From positions 64,976,001 to 65,040,000 of the forward strand of contig OX597828.1 in NCBI GenBank assembly GCA_951406725.2: a stretch of 64,000 bases of DNA, given 5' to 3'. The notes under the pieces are model-generated. The model made no database searches. It was not told the DNA's origin and saw nothing but the letters and a program-made list of their open reading frames with translations. Positions 1 through 13,300 of this stretch are shown here, one piece after another. The position numbers were made by a program, and so were the translations under genes. Within the stretch, counting starts at the first letter, position 1. Every line of letters starts with the position of its first letter. This DNA comes from Octopus vulgaris. Taxonomy: Eukaryota.

Positions 1-507
1 ATCAGAATATCAAATCAGAAGCTGGACACGTGCATCGAGAGCTTGTCAACAAGAATTGAGATGCGGATAACCCATTTTGGAATTTTCAGGCAGACACTTC
101 TGTCTTTCAATTTTTCTAAAATTCGTCTTTTATACTTTACTATTACTCTCTTTAATTCTCACTCCTTACATTTCCCTTCACTGATATTGTATTATGAAAC
201 TACCCCACAATTACCATTTATTATATACAATTTCTTCGTTTATGCCTCTAAAAGTTATTGCACAATATGCTTAATTGTGAGTTAACAAGTGAAATACTGT
301 AGAAAGTAACTCTATTGGGTTTCAACTGCAATTGATGTCTCTTACAATAAATAGAGATTTATGTTTGGGATTGCTCATAGCACAAACTATAAATTTGAAT
401 GATAGAGGTGAATGACTCATTCAAGTCAGATCATAATTTTAATTGCATTCAATGCCTGTAAGTTTCTTTGAAGCTATCTGTAACATGTACACACTAGATT
501 CTATATA

Positions 508-552
<45 letters not shown>

Positions 553-583
553 TCAGCATGGCCGCAGCTCTGAGCTGAAACTT

Positions 584-649
<66 letters not shown>

Positions 650-969
650 TATATACATACATATGAAGGGCTTATTACCAACCTCCATATTTGGAAAATA
701 TAGGCCAACAAGAATTGGAAATTGATTGTAGTTTGAAATATTCAATAGATTTTGACTTCTATTGAATTTATTGAATTACTAATTTATTCTTTTATCGTTT
801 GTCTAAAAAAATACTCATACAAATAGATATGTCATTATTCATTTATTTGTACACACATTATTCATACACATCCGATGAACAGGCTTACCCCTTCTTTTAG
901 CAATTCTGTTTCTGTATGTCTGTATGTCTGTATGTCTGTCTGTCTGTCTGTCTGTCTGTCTGCACGCAC

Positions 970-1004
<35 letters not shown>

Positions 1005-1332
1005 TGTGTGTGTGTGTTTATATATATATATATATGTTTATATATAGAAATATATGTATAAATGCGTATATATAATATATACATATAGAGAGAGAGAAAG
1101 AGAGAGGCACACACAGAGCGAGAGAGACAGATAGAAAGAGTGAGGGACAGTCTGATGTATGTAACCGCACGCTATAAACTTCACTCACCTTCAGTCCCAC
1201 CTTTAATAAATGTCCATGTTGTGTTTCATGGATAAAGTTTCTCGTGAACTTCATTTTACATATGCCTCATTCAACATTTATACTGAATTAAACACAAATA
1301 TAAATACCTAAATATACACCCATGCTCTCTCT

Positions 1333-1393
<61 letters not shown>

Positions 1394-1793
1394 TATAAGA
1401 AAATATTAAAATATGTTTGCTATTTTTTTTTTTAAATCTTCATGGTGGTGGACACTAATCGAAGTTTTAATGAATTTTTCGAAAAATACATTTAAAAAAT
1501 AATTGACATTTTCAAACGTGAATGACACATAATTTTAAATAGTCTTTAAGATCTGTTCAAGTCATTTACGTATCACATGCTTTTAATAGTAAAGTGTCTA
1601 TAAAATGAAATCTTTATTCACATCATTTCTAAGAAATATAATTGTAAATATATATATATATAACTGCATCAATACGATTTCAGAATATATATATATCGAG
1701 GATGTATACAGTAGAAGACAATAATGACACATTGATATCCATCCTGATTTTCATGTAAATTTTCAACCTCTCTCTATTTTTACTTCCACAAAG

Positions 1794-2010
1794 GGTTCTG
1801 TTCAGTTGGATATTCAAAACAATCAGAAAAGGACACCATTGCTTGAAGCCGTGAGGTCACCTCGGAATGACACAAATCAAGCCCTGGGTGCAAGACTTAT
1901 AAATCTGTTGATGGTGAAGGTAACAGCTAGTAATTATCCTGGTCTCTTTTGGAAAGAGAAGTGTTTGATAAACAGACAGGATGCACACACTTGGATTTAC
2001 TACATACGAA
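1794..2010 (+). pseudogene. Frameshifted ankyrin-repeat exon of a host gene (pseudo-exon or consensus errors)
   Basis: Polypyrimidine tract + AAG acceptor at 1791-1793 and GTAAGT donor at 2011. Reads GSVQLDIQNNQKRTPLLEAV / GHLGMT / ALGA..IN / VDGEGN across frames, matching the ankyrin consensus (TPLhxA..G......L...GA..n..d..G). Confidence 0.7.
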
Positions 2011-2029
2011 GTAAGTTAAATTGTTTGCG

Positions 2030-2070
<41 letters not shown>

Positions 2071-2282
2071 TCGTGTGTCTCTGTGTGTCTGTGTGAATTT
2101 GTGTATTTGTGAGTCTTTGTGTGAGTGTGAGAAAGAGACAGACAAGCAGACAAACTTTGGTTGTCATGTATCAATTCTCCCCTATCAACCCCATCCTCCA
2201 TTACCATTCCGTGATCTTATTTCTATTCTTTGGTTTAACGAAATTATAAAATTATCCTCGGCAAGTGTCTTCTGCTATACCA

Positions 2283-2502
2283 ATTTCTTTATTACCCACA
2301 AGGGGCTAAATACAGAGGGGACAAACAAGGACAAACATAGTTATTAAGTGGATTATATCGACCCCAGTGGGTAACTGGTACTTATTTAATCGACCCTGAA
2401 AGGATGAAAGGTAAAGTCGACCTCGGCGGAATTTGAACTCACAACGTAACGACAGACGAAATACGGCTACGCATTTCGCCGGGCGTGCTAACGTTTCTAG
2501 CC
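2283..2502 (-). mobile_element. Nin-domain tRNA-derived SINE
   Basis: Reverse complement has B-box GAGTTCAAATTCC followed by GGTCGACTTTACCTTTCATCCTTTCAGGGTCGATTAAATAAGTACCAG; many copies in the window. Confidence 0.85.
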
Positions 2503-2514
2503 TTGTGATTGTAT

Positions 2515-2579
2515 CTGGTAGATGGAAACTGAACGAAACCCATCGTGTATATATATATATATATATGTATGTATGGATT

Positions 2580-2610
<31 letters not shown>

Positions 2611-2752
2611 GTGTGTGCATGTGTCTGTTTATCCCCGTAAGTTTCGGCAAAAGAGACCGATAGGATAATTACTAGGCTTACAAAGAATAAGTCTTGGGGT
2701 TGATTTGCTCGACTAAAGGCGGTGCTCCAGCATGGCAGCAGCCAAATGGCTG
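2515..2752 (+). mobile_element. 3' half of CORE-like SINE
   Basis: TGGTAGATGGAAACTGAA...microsatellite...GGCGGTGCTCCAGCATGG tail; matches the fuller copies at 36547 and 53612. Confidence 0.8.
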
Positions 2753-3180
2753 TGCGCATGTCTGTGTGTGTCTGCTGTGTGTACAGAGAGAGGGAGAGAG
2801 AGAAAGAGAGAGAGGTTGCTATTATTTAAGTGTGTTATATAAGCTATATTTACATTTATGATTACATCCTCGATATATATATATTCTGAAATCGTATTGA
2901 TGCAGTTATATATATATATATTTACAATTATATTTCTTAGAAATGATGTGAATGCTTTCATTTTATAGACACTTTACTATTAAAAGCATGTGATACGTAA
3001 ATACTTGAACGCTTAATTACTACGATATATTTAAAATTATGTGTCATTCACGTTTGAAAATGTCAATTATTTTTTAAATGTATTTTTCGAAAAATTGGCC
3101 ATTCAACTTCGATTACTTGCTACTGAAGATTTAAAAAAAAAAAATATTTTTTTGCAAACATATTTTAATATTTTCTTATA

Positions 3181-3230
<50 letters not shown>

Positions 3231-3546
3231 TCTCTGTATGTGTTAGTGCATGGGTGTATATTTAGGTATTTATATTTGTGTTTAATTCAGTATATGTCAT
3301 TTGGCATTGTGAATCAACTTAATGAAACACAACATGGACATTTATTAAAGGTGGGACTGAAGGTGAGTGAAGTTTATAGCGTGCGGTTACATACATCAGA
3401 CTGTCCCTCACTCTTTCTATCTGTCTCTCTCGCTCTGTGTGTGCCTCTCTCTTTCTCTCTCTCTATATGTATATATTATATATACGCATTTATACATATA
3501 TTTCTATATATAAACATATATATATATATATAAACACACACACACA

Positions 3547-3578
<32 letters not shown>

Positions 3579-4014
3579 CGTTCACACACATATATATACA
3601 CACATACCAGATGAGTGAGTAGTTTAAATAAAAACAGAATTGCTAAAAGAAGGGGTAAGCCTGTTCATCATGTGTATGAATAATGTGTGTACACATAGAT
3701 GTAATATATCGTATTTGTATGAGTATTTTTTTAACAAACGCATTACAAAGAATAAATTAGTAATTCAATAAATTCAATAGAAGTCAAAATCTATTGAATA
3801 TTTCAAACTACAATCAATTTCCAATTCTTGTTTATATTTTCAATATGTTGTAATAAGGTTCGTTTCGTTCAAGTAACATTTAGTTTTGAAAGTGTCCGTT
3901 GCAACATTAACTTAATTGAATGAAAGTTCAAAACTTTAATGGTTTCAAGAATAGAGTAAAATTATTGGGAAAAAATATGTTTACGTGTATCTATCTTTCG
4001 TATTTATAAAGATG

Positions 4015-4117
<103 letters not shown>

Positions 4118-4122
4118 ATATA

Positions 4123-4185
<63 letters not shown>

Positions 4186-5071
4186 ATGGTTCGATTATGT
4201 TTTTTTGTCCATATGTGATAAAGGTTATAGGAATTTAATTATGCTTTCTCTCTGCATGCTTTGTAAAATATGAATACTTGTAATTTGCAGTTGATTTTTG
4301 TTTTCTTTTTTCCTTTTCTTTTCGTCTTTTGGCTGGAGAGGAGAAGCCGCTAAAGTTCACCTTAAATTTTTTTTCAAAGATCACTTATTTGTGGTATATG
4401 TTTTCCAGAATCGTGTTAGGTAATCGATAATAATTAAAACCTTTAGACATGCTTTTTTTTCTCTATTTAAATATACATCTTGAACATGCAACGCTCCCGT
4501 GAAAGTTTCGCTCTTACCTCTTCGTTGTTCATTTTCAAAGAAGAATGGAAATTTATGTTTTAAACTCTAAGTTATCTTTGCAATATTTCTAAATCTTAGA
4601 TATTGTTGTTACTTTCTTTGTTTATAAAATTACTCAAGAATTTTATAGTGTTCTTAATGAAATTTCCTCTTTCCAAAATAATATATGCGAACATGTGTGC
4701 TACATATGTTGAATAGAACATTATTGTTTTTTTTATTATTCTAATATTGATTTCGGAAGATAATTTACTCTCCTATGTTACAAAATAATCTGCGAGATTG
4801 TGAAAATAACCTGCACAGATAATTTTTACAAATACTTCTAAGAAGTAGTTGTGTGTGGGGTAATGCAGCAATGGGTTCATAATTCCAGAAAAATAGATGA
4901 GATGGACACAGATTGAAATTTTTGATCGCAACTCTTTCTGATGAGATCCAATATGTGATAAAATAAATCAACACCTGTTACGACAAAATGCTAAGTTAAA
5001 GTTGCGTTAACTTAATATGTAAAGCTTGTTTGTTTCTGTGTCAAAAGTTTTGTTAGTCGTTCTATCTCGCC

Positions 5072-5450
5072 GTGGCACTCCGTCAGTTAAAACAACGAGG
5101 GTTGCAGTTAATCCGATCAACGGAACAGCCTGCTCGTGAAATTAACATGCAAGTGGCTGAGCACTCCACAGAAACCTGTATCCTTAATGTAGTTCTCAGG
5201 AAGATTCAGAGTGACACAGAATGTGACGAGGCTGGCTCTTTGAGATGCAAGTATAACAAAAATAGAAATAAAGAGTGAGAGAAAGATGTTGTGAAAGAGT
5301 ACAGGAAGGTTCGCCACCACACCCTGCCGGAGCCTCGTGAAGATTTAACTGTTTTCGCTCAATAAATACTCACAACGCCCGATCTGGGGATCGAAACCGC
5401 GATCCTACGACCGCGAGCTGCTACCTTAACCACTGGGCCATTGCACCGCC
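5072..5450 (-). mobile_element. tRNA-derived SINE (third family)
   Basis: Reverse-complement head has A-box TGGCCCAGTGG and B-box-like GGTTTCGATCCC. Confidence 0.75.
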
Positions 5451-5527
5451 ACCGTTTTATCTATTTCTAATACGAAAGAAAAATAGCACTTTGTATACAT
5501 AAAAAACAGGGGCGAGAGACAGAGAAT

Positions 5528-5573
<46 letters not shown>

Positions 5574-6319
5574 TAGAGGAGGGTAAATTATAAAAAAGTA
5601 GTAGATTAGAGAGAGAGAGATCTGCCGTGTGAGAGTCGGCAGCTTATGAGTGTCAGGCATGCGACAGTGTAGTTAGCTTTAGATATAGATTCAAAACTAA
5701 AAATGAGAGTTTGTGAAAGGTAGTTAGAAAATAAAGCTTTAAAATAGAGAACAAAGCGGAAATATGATATCATAATAGGAGTATAGAGAACGAGCAAATG
5801 ATAGCGGGAATGATGGAAACACAACGGTGAAAAATTCGGTCATTATTTCGAACTGATGATGCCAGAAATGAAGTGAAAAACATTTAAGAGAAAAAGACAA
5901 GATATATATATTTAAAAGTAGAGAATTGGTAATGAAATGAGTGAGTGATAGATAGTAATGAAGAATAGTGGGTAAGTGTTGACTGTGAATAGCAATTACA
6001 GAAAAGAGTTTTAAACGTCATTTTGACAAGTACTATGTTAATATGTTATTACTGAAAGCCTATTTGCGATACACGCAAATATGTTTTTCTCGCTACTACA
6101 ACTGTTACAGATTCTCATGTATTGACCTAGTACAGATAGTCACAAACGTATATGGAGCCTACCGTTTCAAACATCGAGAAATACTTTCGTATCGTGAAGA
6201 AGAGAGAATTATTGTTTATTTTAAAATCTGTTTTTCCGTAAGCTCTCTCTATGTGTATGAAGTTAAGCAATTTATGGAATCGATTGAAATAAGAAATTGA
6301 TACAAACATAGTACTATTG

Positions 6320-6850
6320 GTTGCAAATTTTGGGACAAGTCCAGCAAGTTTGAGATATGGCTAGGTCGATTATATCGACCCCAGTACTCGACTGGTACTT
6401 TTTTATCGGCCCCTAAAGGCTGAATGGCAAGGTCGACCCTGGAATCATTTGAACTCAGAACGTAAAGGCAGACGAAATACCTATTTCTTTACTACCCACA
6501 AGGGGCAAAACACAGAGAGGACAAACAAGGACAGACAAACAGATTAAGTCGATTATATCGACTCCAGTGCGTAACTGGTACATATTTAATCGATCCCGAA
6601 AGGATGAAAGGATGAAGGGCAAAGTCGACCTCGGCGGAATTTGAACTCAGAACGTAGCGGCAGACGAAATACCGCTAAGCATTTTGCCGGACATGCTTAA
6701 CGGTATTTCCTCCATCTTTGCGTTCTGGGTTCAAATGTTTCCGAGGTCGACTTTGCCCTTCAAAATAAGTACCAGTTGAGCAGTGTGGTCGAAGTAATTA
6801 ATTTATCCCATCCCTCGAAATTGCTGGCCTTCTGACAAAATTTAAACCCA
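6320..6850. mobile_element. Cluster of Nin-domain SINEs (two tandem minus copies, one plus copy)
   Basis: Repeated CGACCCC..AAAGGATGAAAGGCAAAGTCGACC / GAACTCAGAACGT blocks at 6320-6700; opposite-orientation copy GGGTTCAAATGTTTCCGAGGTCGAC at ~6728. Confidence 0.85.
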
Positions 6851-7913
6851 ATATTGAAGAGCATTCAGAATTATTTTCGTTTAGGCTAAAGTCACTCCAT
6901 ATTAGATTTAAAATTAAAACTTTCAGCTACCAAAATCATTTTGTATGTTTTACGGATATGCATAAATGAATGTTTCTCTTCGAATAAGTTATTATATCGA
7001 GTTAAATAACATAAACATTAATAGAAATGTTATAGAGTTTGGTATGTCACCAGTCTGAAGTATTTATATAGTTGATTGTGTGACGATACGCTGAATTTTC
7101 TTAATTAATTACACAACACTTAAAAATATGTGATATTATTAATACAGATTTGAGACCTGTTGGTGTCCAGAGAATGCTTCATATTTATTTTAGTTATTAT
7201 TAGATAAATATCTTTATGCTTGCTTATACTGAGAAAGTTGTTGAAGAGAACATGCCTAGACACGGTTTAGTGTAATTTCTATATGTATTTTAGATATGAC
7301 ATTTGTTTGAATTTTGCATTACATATTTTACCATAGAAGTTGAATCTAGAGACAGTCGATTAGTGCAGTTGCAGTTTTGAGCAATTTTGTTAGTACTTAC
7401 TTTGTTAGTTTTTATAGATCTTTGAGGAAGTATATACGTAAAGTTAGGATAAGTAAGTTTAGAGTGCGCTTATAAAATATTTGGTTTGCGTTATCAAAGT
7501 TGGAAATGAATTAGTGGAATATGATCAGATTATATAAAAAATAAAATAATGCTGGACATGATTAACACCGACTAGTAACTATAAATATTTCGTTATAAGT
7601 AAGAACAAACACACACACATATATATGTGTGTGTGTGTGTGTCTGTGTCTGTGTGTGTATGCATGTCTGTGCGTGCGTGCATGCATGTGCGTGTGATATC
7701 TGTGTTCGTATGTATGTGTGTGTATGCGCGCGTGCATGCATACGTATGCGTGTGTGAGTCTGTGTGTGTGAGTCTGCGTGTGTGTGTGTGTGTGTGCGTG
7801 GGTGGGTATGTTTGTGTGTGTGTATGTGTGTATGTGAGTATTGTACACCTTTTGTCATTCCTTAATTTCAAATTCAAATTTCCAATATTTAGAAAATACG
7901 GCAACTTCGTGAC

Positions 7914-9240
7914 GTGCATGCGTATTTGCGTGTGTGTGAGTATACCATTGGAATAACTTATGATTCAAATAACGATGAGTATAAAATTTTTAATGCATAT
8001 CCAAAAGGAAAACTTAATTGCAAACTTACCATGTTTAGCAGCTGTGATATCTTTCACAGCAAAGTATTGTACAACTAAGAATGCCCCTGATTGGTATGGT
8101 AGAATTTCGAGTTGACAATAAAATAATGGCGCTCTTGTGATTTTATCCTGCAATTAGAATAAAGGAAAAGTGAAAATAAATTCAAGGACGTTACATATGG
8201 GAAAGCGGTCTAAAAGAATAAAAGAATAAGGATAGAAGCGCCTACAAAAAAAAAAAACATTCTTACCCAAAACATCTCATGACTCTGAGAGTGTTCTAGC
8301 GTAATTAGCACACAGGTGTTTCATTTTTTTTTTATATTCTTGATAAAGGATCCGACTTGAAAACATTTAGCTATTTCGATACATTTGAACAGCTGAGCAA
8401 CGTAGTAGCCGTTATCTAAATATGTAATGAGCAACAGATATTGGTAATATTGTAGTGTCAATGAATGGATATTTAGCGTATAGCGCGTTGAGTGTATTTA
8501 AGTTAATGATATTATTAGTGGAGACGCGTGGCTTAGTGGTTAGGGTGTCAACATCATGATCGCAAGATTGTGGTTTCGATTCCTGGACCGGGCGACGCGT
8601 TGTGTTCTTGAGCAAAACACTTCATTTCACATTGCTCCAGTCCACTCAGGTGGCAAAAATGAGTAACGCTGCCATGGACTGGGAAACACATACGCCATAG
8701 AAAACGGGAAAACGGGCCCATGAGCCTGGCTAGGCTTTAAAAAGGGCGCATTTATTTATTTTTAGTGATATTATTACCGGCAATAAATATTATCGGTATA
8801 GTCTGATTAAAATGATACTAATCATTCTTGAACTAATCTCCTTCAAATAAATTATATACGTGTGAAATAAATAGTAAAAAAATCAATTCAGTATTCTTCA
8901 TGACTGAAAACACGGAATGTAGCGTTAAAAAAATTCTTATTACAATAAAAGCGACGAATGCATGTTTTTAGGGTTTTTTAAAGATTCAATAACAGGGAAT
9001 CTAAACAACAATTCTAGATTTAGTTTCAAACATCCACTATAAACTTTCCATTCCACCGTCTGTTTGAACCTAATACACACCATTCTAGGATTTGATATAT
9101 TTGTAGTACTTACTTCCGTAGGTTTTAGGTCAGAAATTGTGTCTGTGCATGCGTATTTGCGTGTGTGTGTGAGTATACCATTGGAATAACTTATGATTCA
9201 AATAACGATGAGTATAAAATGTTTAATGCATATCCAAAAG
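7914..9240 (+). repeat. ~95 bp near-identical direct repeat (7914-8007 and 9145-9240)
   Basis: GTGCATGCGTATTTGCGTG...GAGTATACCATTGGAATAACTTATGATTCAAATAACGATGAGTATAAAAT...TATCCAAAAG occurs twice. Confidence 0.9.
8521..8762 (+). mobile_element. tRNA-derived SINE (fourth family)
   Basis: A-box TGGCTTAGTGG, B-box GGTTTCGATTCC, (TTTA)n tail; homologous to 29113-29361(-). Confidence 0.85.
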
Positions 9241-9851
9241 AGGACAGCTGTTAGCAGTAATATCTTAATCTAATGATGTTTCAAATGTGCACATTGATTA
9301 AATATTAGCCTAGCTGGCTTTGCATATATGATCAAATGTTTGTTGAACGATTTCTATATATCACCCAGTATGTTTTGACTAAGCTCAGGATATCCGTGGG
9401 CTTTAGTCACCGACGTCATTCTGAGCGAGGGCTGCAGTGATTAGGTTTGGCTTAGAATAGACACCTCGCCCCGTTGAAAATTCTCCAGGCACGTGGTATG
9501 TCAAAACGGACACGTTACCTACGAAGGAAAGTAGTAGATATATATATCAAATCCTAAAAAGGCTCAAAACAGATAGTTCAACGGAAAGTATATACCTGCG
9601 TGGACACCACGCTATGAAATAAATATATATATATATCAAATAAAATTTAAAACAGAACATAACGGATATCGCGATACACGTGTTTCAAGCTTTATAAACA
9701 ATTCGTTCTTACATCAGTGTATTATTGATATAAAAGATGGTTTAAAGCTCTTTTCAGCCGCAAACATTGTTATTTCAAATATTATTCTCAGCTCTGCCAC
9801 TATCTGGCATATACAGGTGCTTACACTTATCAAGTATTCACCCTAAATTTA

Positions 9852-9890
<39 letters not shown>

Positions 9891-10120
9891 ACGACCTCGA
9901 ACCCGCAAGTGTGAACAAGAGAGACAGAGCAAGGCAGAAACAAGGAAAATGACACTTATATTTGAACACTATACAAATATTCCTTTAAAAAAACATTTCT
10001 TTTAATTTTTCTAAATTTAATTATTTAATCGTTACAGTTGAAAAGGTCTCAAAATGACTGAAACCGGTACTGAAATGTTCTTTATAAAATTATTTTAGCA
10101 TTTTCTATTTTGACTTATTT

Positions 10121-10222
<102 letters not shown>

Positions 10223-10343
10223 TAGCAGCATAGCCCGGCGTTGCCCGGGTATGTAAGAGCCCCTAGTAGGCAACGACTAATCCCAATGTAGTCCTTTCCC
10301 TCCAGGGAACGAAGGTGCATGTGGACGTTGCAATGTCTTGTCT

Positions 10344-13300
10344 TCACTGGAATACTTCTGTATATACGATGTTCCTAGCTGTCCGTTTGGGCGAAAACAT
10401 GAAAACATCATTGCGCCTCCCAACGCGTGAACAGCCCACGTAGAGTTGACCGTGGGCGAAGCACTGTTCGCCCAAATGTAACCCAGCGACTTGTAGCGTT
10501 TGGCCTTGGGATTTATTGATGGACATTGCGAAGCAGAGTTTAACAGGAAACTGAGAACGCCTGAAGTGGATTGGTAGGTCAGCGCCCGACGGTTGAAGGT
10601 GCATCCGTGGAATGAAGACGTCCTCTCCCTTCCCACAACCGGTAAGTATTGTGGCCGTTATTAAATGTGGTGCCAAATGTTTCACAACCAAACGTGTGCC
10701 GTTGCACTGTTTAGGTGGAACCAAATTCCTGATGAGCATAATGGGCGCACCGACTTTTAACTTCAGGATGTGTGGTGGCAGGCCTGGCGGTTCAAGTGAA
10801 TTCAGGAATTCAACAGGATAATCGGCAAGCTGGGCGGGGTCTGCTGTCCTATCTATAGATTTGTAGACGTGGACATCACCAGGAATAGCTTCAAGTAGCT
10901 GGATATTGATGGAGTTGACGGTTGTATTTTTGGGTGCGAGAATAGCTCTGCCTGCCAGCCATTTTAGGTCGCGTAAATTGTTTTGTAGGTCGTGGAAGAC
11001 AGCGTCCCGGAGGCTAGCAGGGGTGTCGACAATGGTGCAAAGTGAGTCCAATTGAACGTAGCCATCCGCATCAGACAGCATCCTATTTTCACCGAGCGAT
11101 AAGAGGTCCCTGGAGAATGCAGCGGATCCGCTGTCACCAATTAACTGCGCGCGCATGTTAGTTTGGAGGTGCAAGGGCCGCACATGTGCCCAAAGAGCTG
11201 ACGACTTAAGGCACGCGCGCACGGCATCGGCACGGGTTCCTTTTGGAATAACAGGTAGAGTCTGCCTGAAGTCTCCTGAAAGAAGTAACGTTAATCCTCC
11301 CCTGGGGGCCGTAGAGTCTCTGATGTCTTGCAGGGACCTGTCCAGTGCCTCAAGGGCGCCTTTGTGTGCCATAGTGCACTCGTCCCATACGATGAGTTTG
11401 CATCTGCGCAGAATGTCAGCCTGTTCTGAGTTCTTGGCGATGTTGCAGATAGGTGACTCGGACTTTGCCAGATCGAGCGGGAGTCTGAAGGCAGAGTGGG
11501 CGGTTCTGCCACCCGGAAGCAACGTGGCCGCGATACCAGAGGAAGCTACAGCCAGGGCAATGTCCGTGTTGCGTCTGACCTCTGCCAGAATTAGTTTAGT
11601 GACGAAGGTTTTGCCAGTGCCGCCGGGTGCATCAAGGAAGAAAATCCCCCCACGTTGCTGTCTGACAGAGTCTACGATGGTGTTGTAGGCTATGCGCTGG
11701 TCTGGAAGCAGCCGTGGTTCATTATCTTGGACGTACTGGTGCAGTTCCTCAATGCAGTAGGAAGTTTCGCGTAACAATTCAGCAGACATAACATTGGCGT
11801 GTTCACGTGTGGGTGGTGGAAGGCCGTACTCTGTTAAAGCAGACCCACCCATATCGATGACAGCGTCTTCGAGTTGAATGAGCGCAAAATTGTAAATGAA
11901 GTTGGTGAACGTGATCTCGGCGGAAGGGCAGTGTTGCTGAGCCGTACGTAAGAAGTCGTGCGACATGTCATCCCTGTATTTCATCCAGAGACTTAGTGGA
12001 TCACTAAGCTGACATTTTTGAAGAAGGATTGCGAAAAGATGTCGTAGGGCCGAATGCGTTTGCAGTAAAGCACCCTCTGCCATCGTGGCGTCCCACTGGG
12101 AGTCATCCTCTAGAAGGCCAAGTCTCATACATGCTTCCCTGAAGGTGTCGCACAGAACCCCATTGACGGTACGTATATTGGCGAAACCTGTTGGACCAGT
12201 GACCTCATGTAGAAGGAGACGGAGGTAGAAGCATTCTTGCTGGTTTGGCGGGATGTTGTAAACTCGACCCAGGCAGGAGTCAAACTTGACGCCTGGGAAG
12301 CTTTCGACGTTTTTGCCGGATTTCCGTCGAACCCAGGTGTTTTTAGACCACACGAAGTACGATGGGACCTGTGGGTACAAAAGCGTTCGAGCGAAGTCAT
12401 CACGTTGGCATAATTTGAAGAAACCAGTCAACGTTGTGTCTTTAGGGCTGGTGGCTATCTGCACAGCACTTTGCTCTGTGAAGTAAATCCGCTGTCCATT
12501 TTCCAAGTGTACAGCAAGCTGCACCACAGCCGGGTGTCTCTGATGGAGCGGGAAGCCGTAAATGCGCCAAAACGCTTCGTTGCTGCTGAGGTACCGGCCA
12601 GCCAAGTAGTTGGACACTTCGTCGCGACTGGTGGTCCTCTGGATGCTGAACATGGCAGCATCGCTGCCTTTGTTGATATATTTGCAGACATATTGTATTG
12701 ACCTGATGGAGCTGCAGAACTCAACGTTGACGTGGGCTTTGAATATCTTCGACAGGAGAGGACAGTAGGGGACAATGTAGCTGTTGTCCACTTGATGTCG
12801 CCCAACCGTAATCGTGCGGCCTCCATTGGCTGGACTCCTTCGTTTGTACAGCGGATACCCATCGCCGCCTGTTTGAGTCTCCAAAGTGAACCGTTTAGGG
12901 AATCCGTTTGAGCAGGCTAATCCGTTTTTGTAGCATGGTGTGTTGGCGTAATTTGGTCCACAGGGCCCGTGTACCATGGTAGTGCGGACAATTTCGTAGA
13001 GTCCGGGGTCCTCATCGGGGTCAGGAATCTCGGCGGAAATGAATTTGTCAATGTCATTAGTCTCGATTTTATGAGTGAGCCAAATTAAGATGTGAGCATG
13101 TGGCAAGCCCCTCTTTTGCCACTCGACCGAAAACATGTGGCACCTGACATGCCCGAAAATCTGACCCTTAACTATCAAATCCTTCATTTTGCCCAAATTC
13201 AGACGGAAAACCCTAGCAACGATGTCGTGTCGATGGGTGTGAGATTGACCCGGAGGAGTTCGCGAGTGATTTCGTCGCAGCTGGGATTGCACGTGTAGGT

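Larger units (their letters stand above)
671..3857. repeat. Long inverted duplication, arms ~671-1706 and ~2863-3857, spacer ~1.15 kb
   Basis: 707-790 AACAAGAATTGGAAATTGATTGTAG... is the reverse complement of 3750-3832. The track ORFs 1018..1254(-) and 3240..3533(+) share the identical peptide ETQHGHLLKVGLKVSEVYSV. The arms differ by many small indels. Confidence 0.95.

Noticed and set aside
8521-8595. tRNA genes at SINE heads
   Set aside because: A/B boxes are present but there is no cloverleaf, and each continues into a SINE body.
13245-13265. Programmed ribosomal frameshift between the two Helitron ORFs
   Set aside because: No slippery heptamer; the break splits the conserved Rep domain, so a mutation or sequencing error is simpler.
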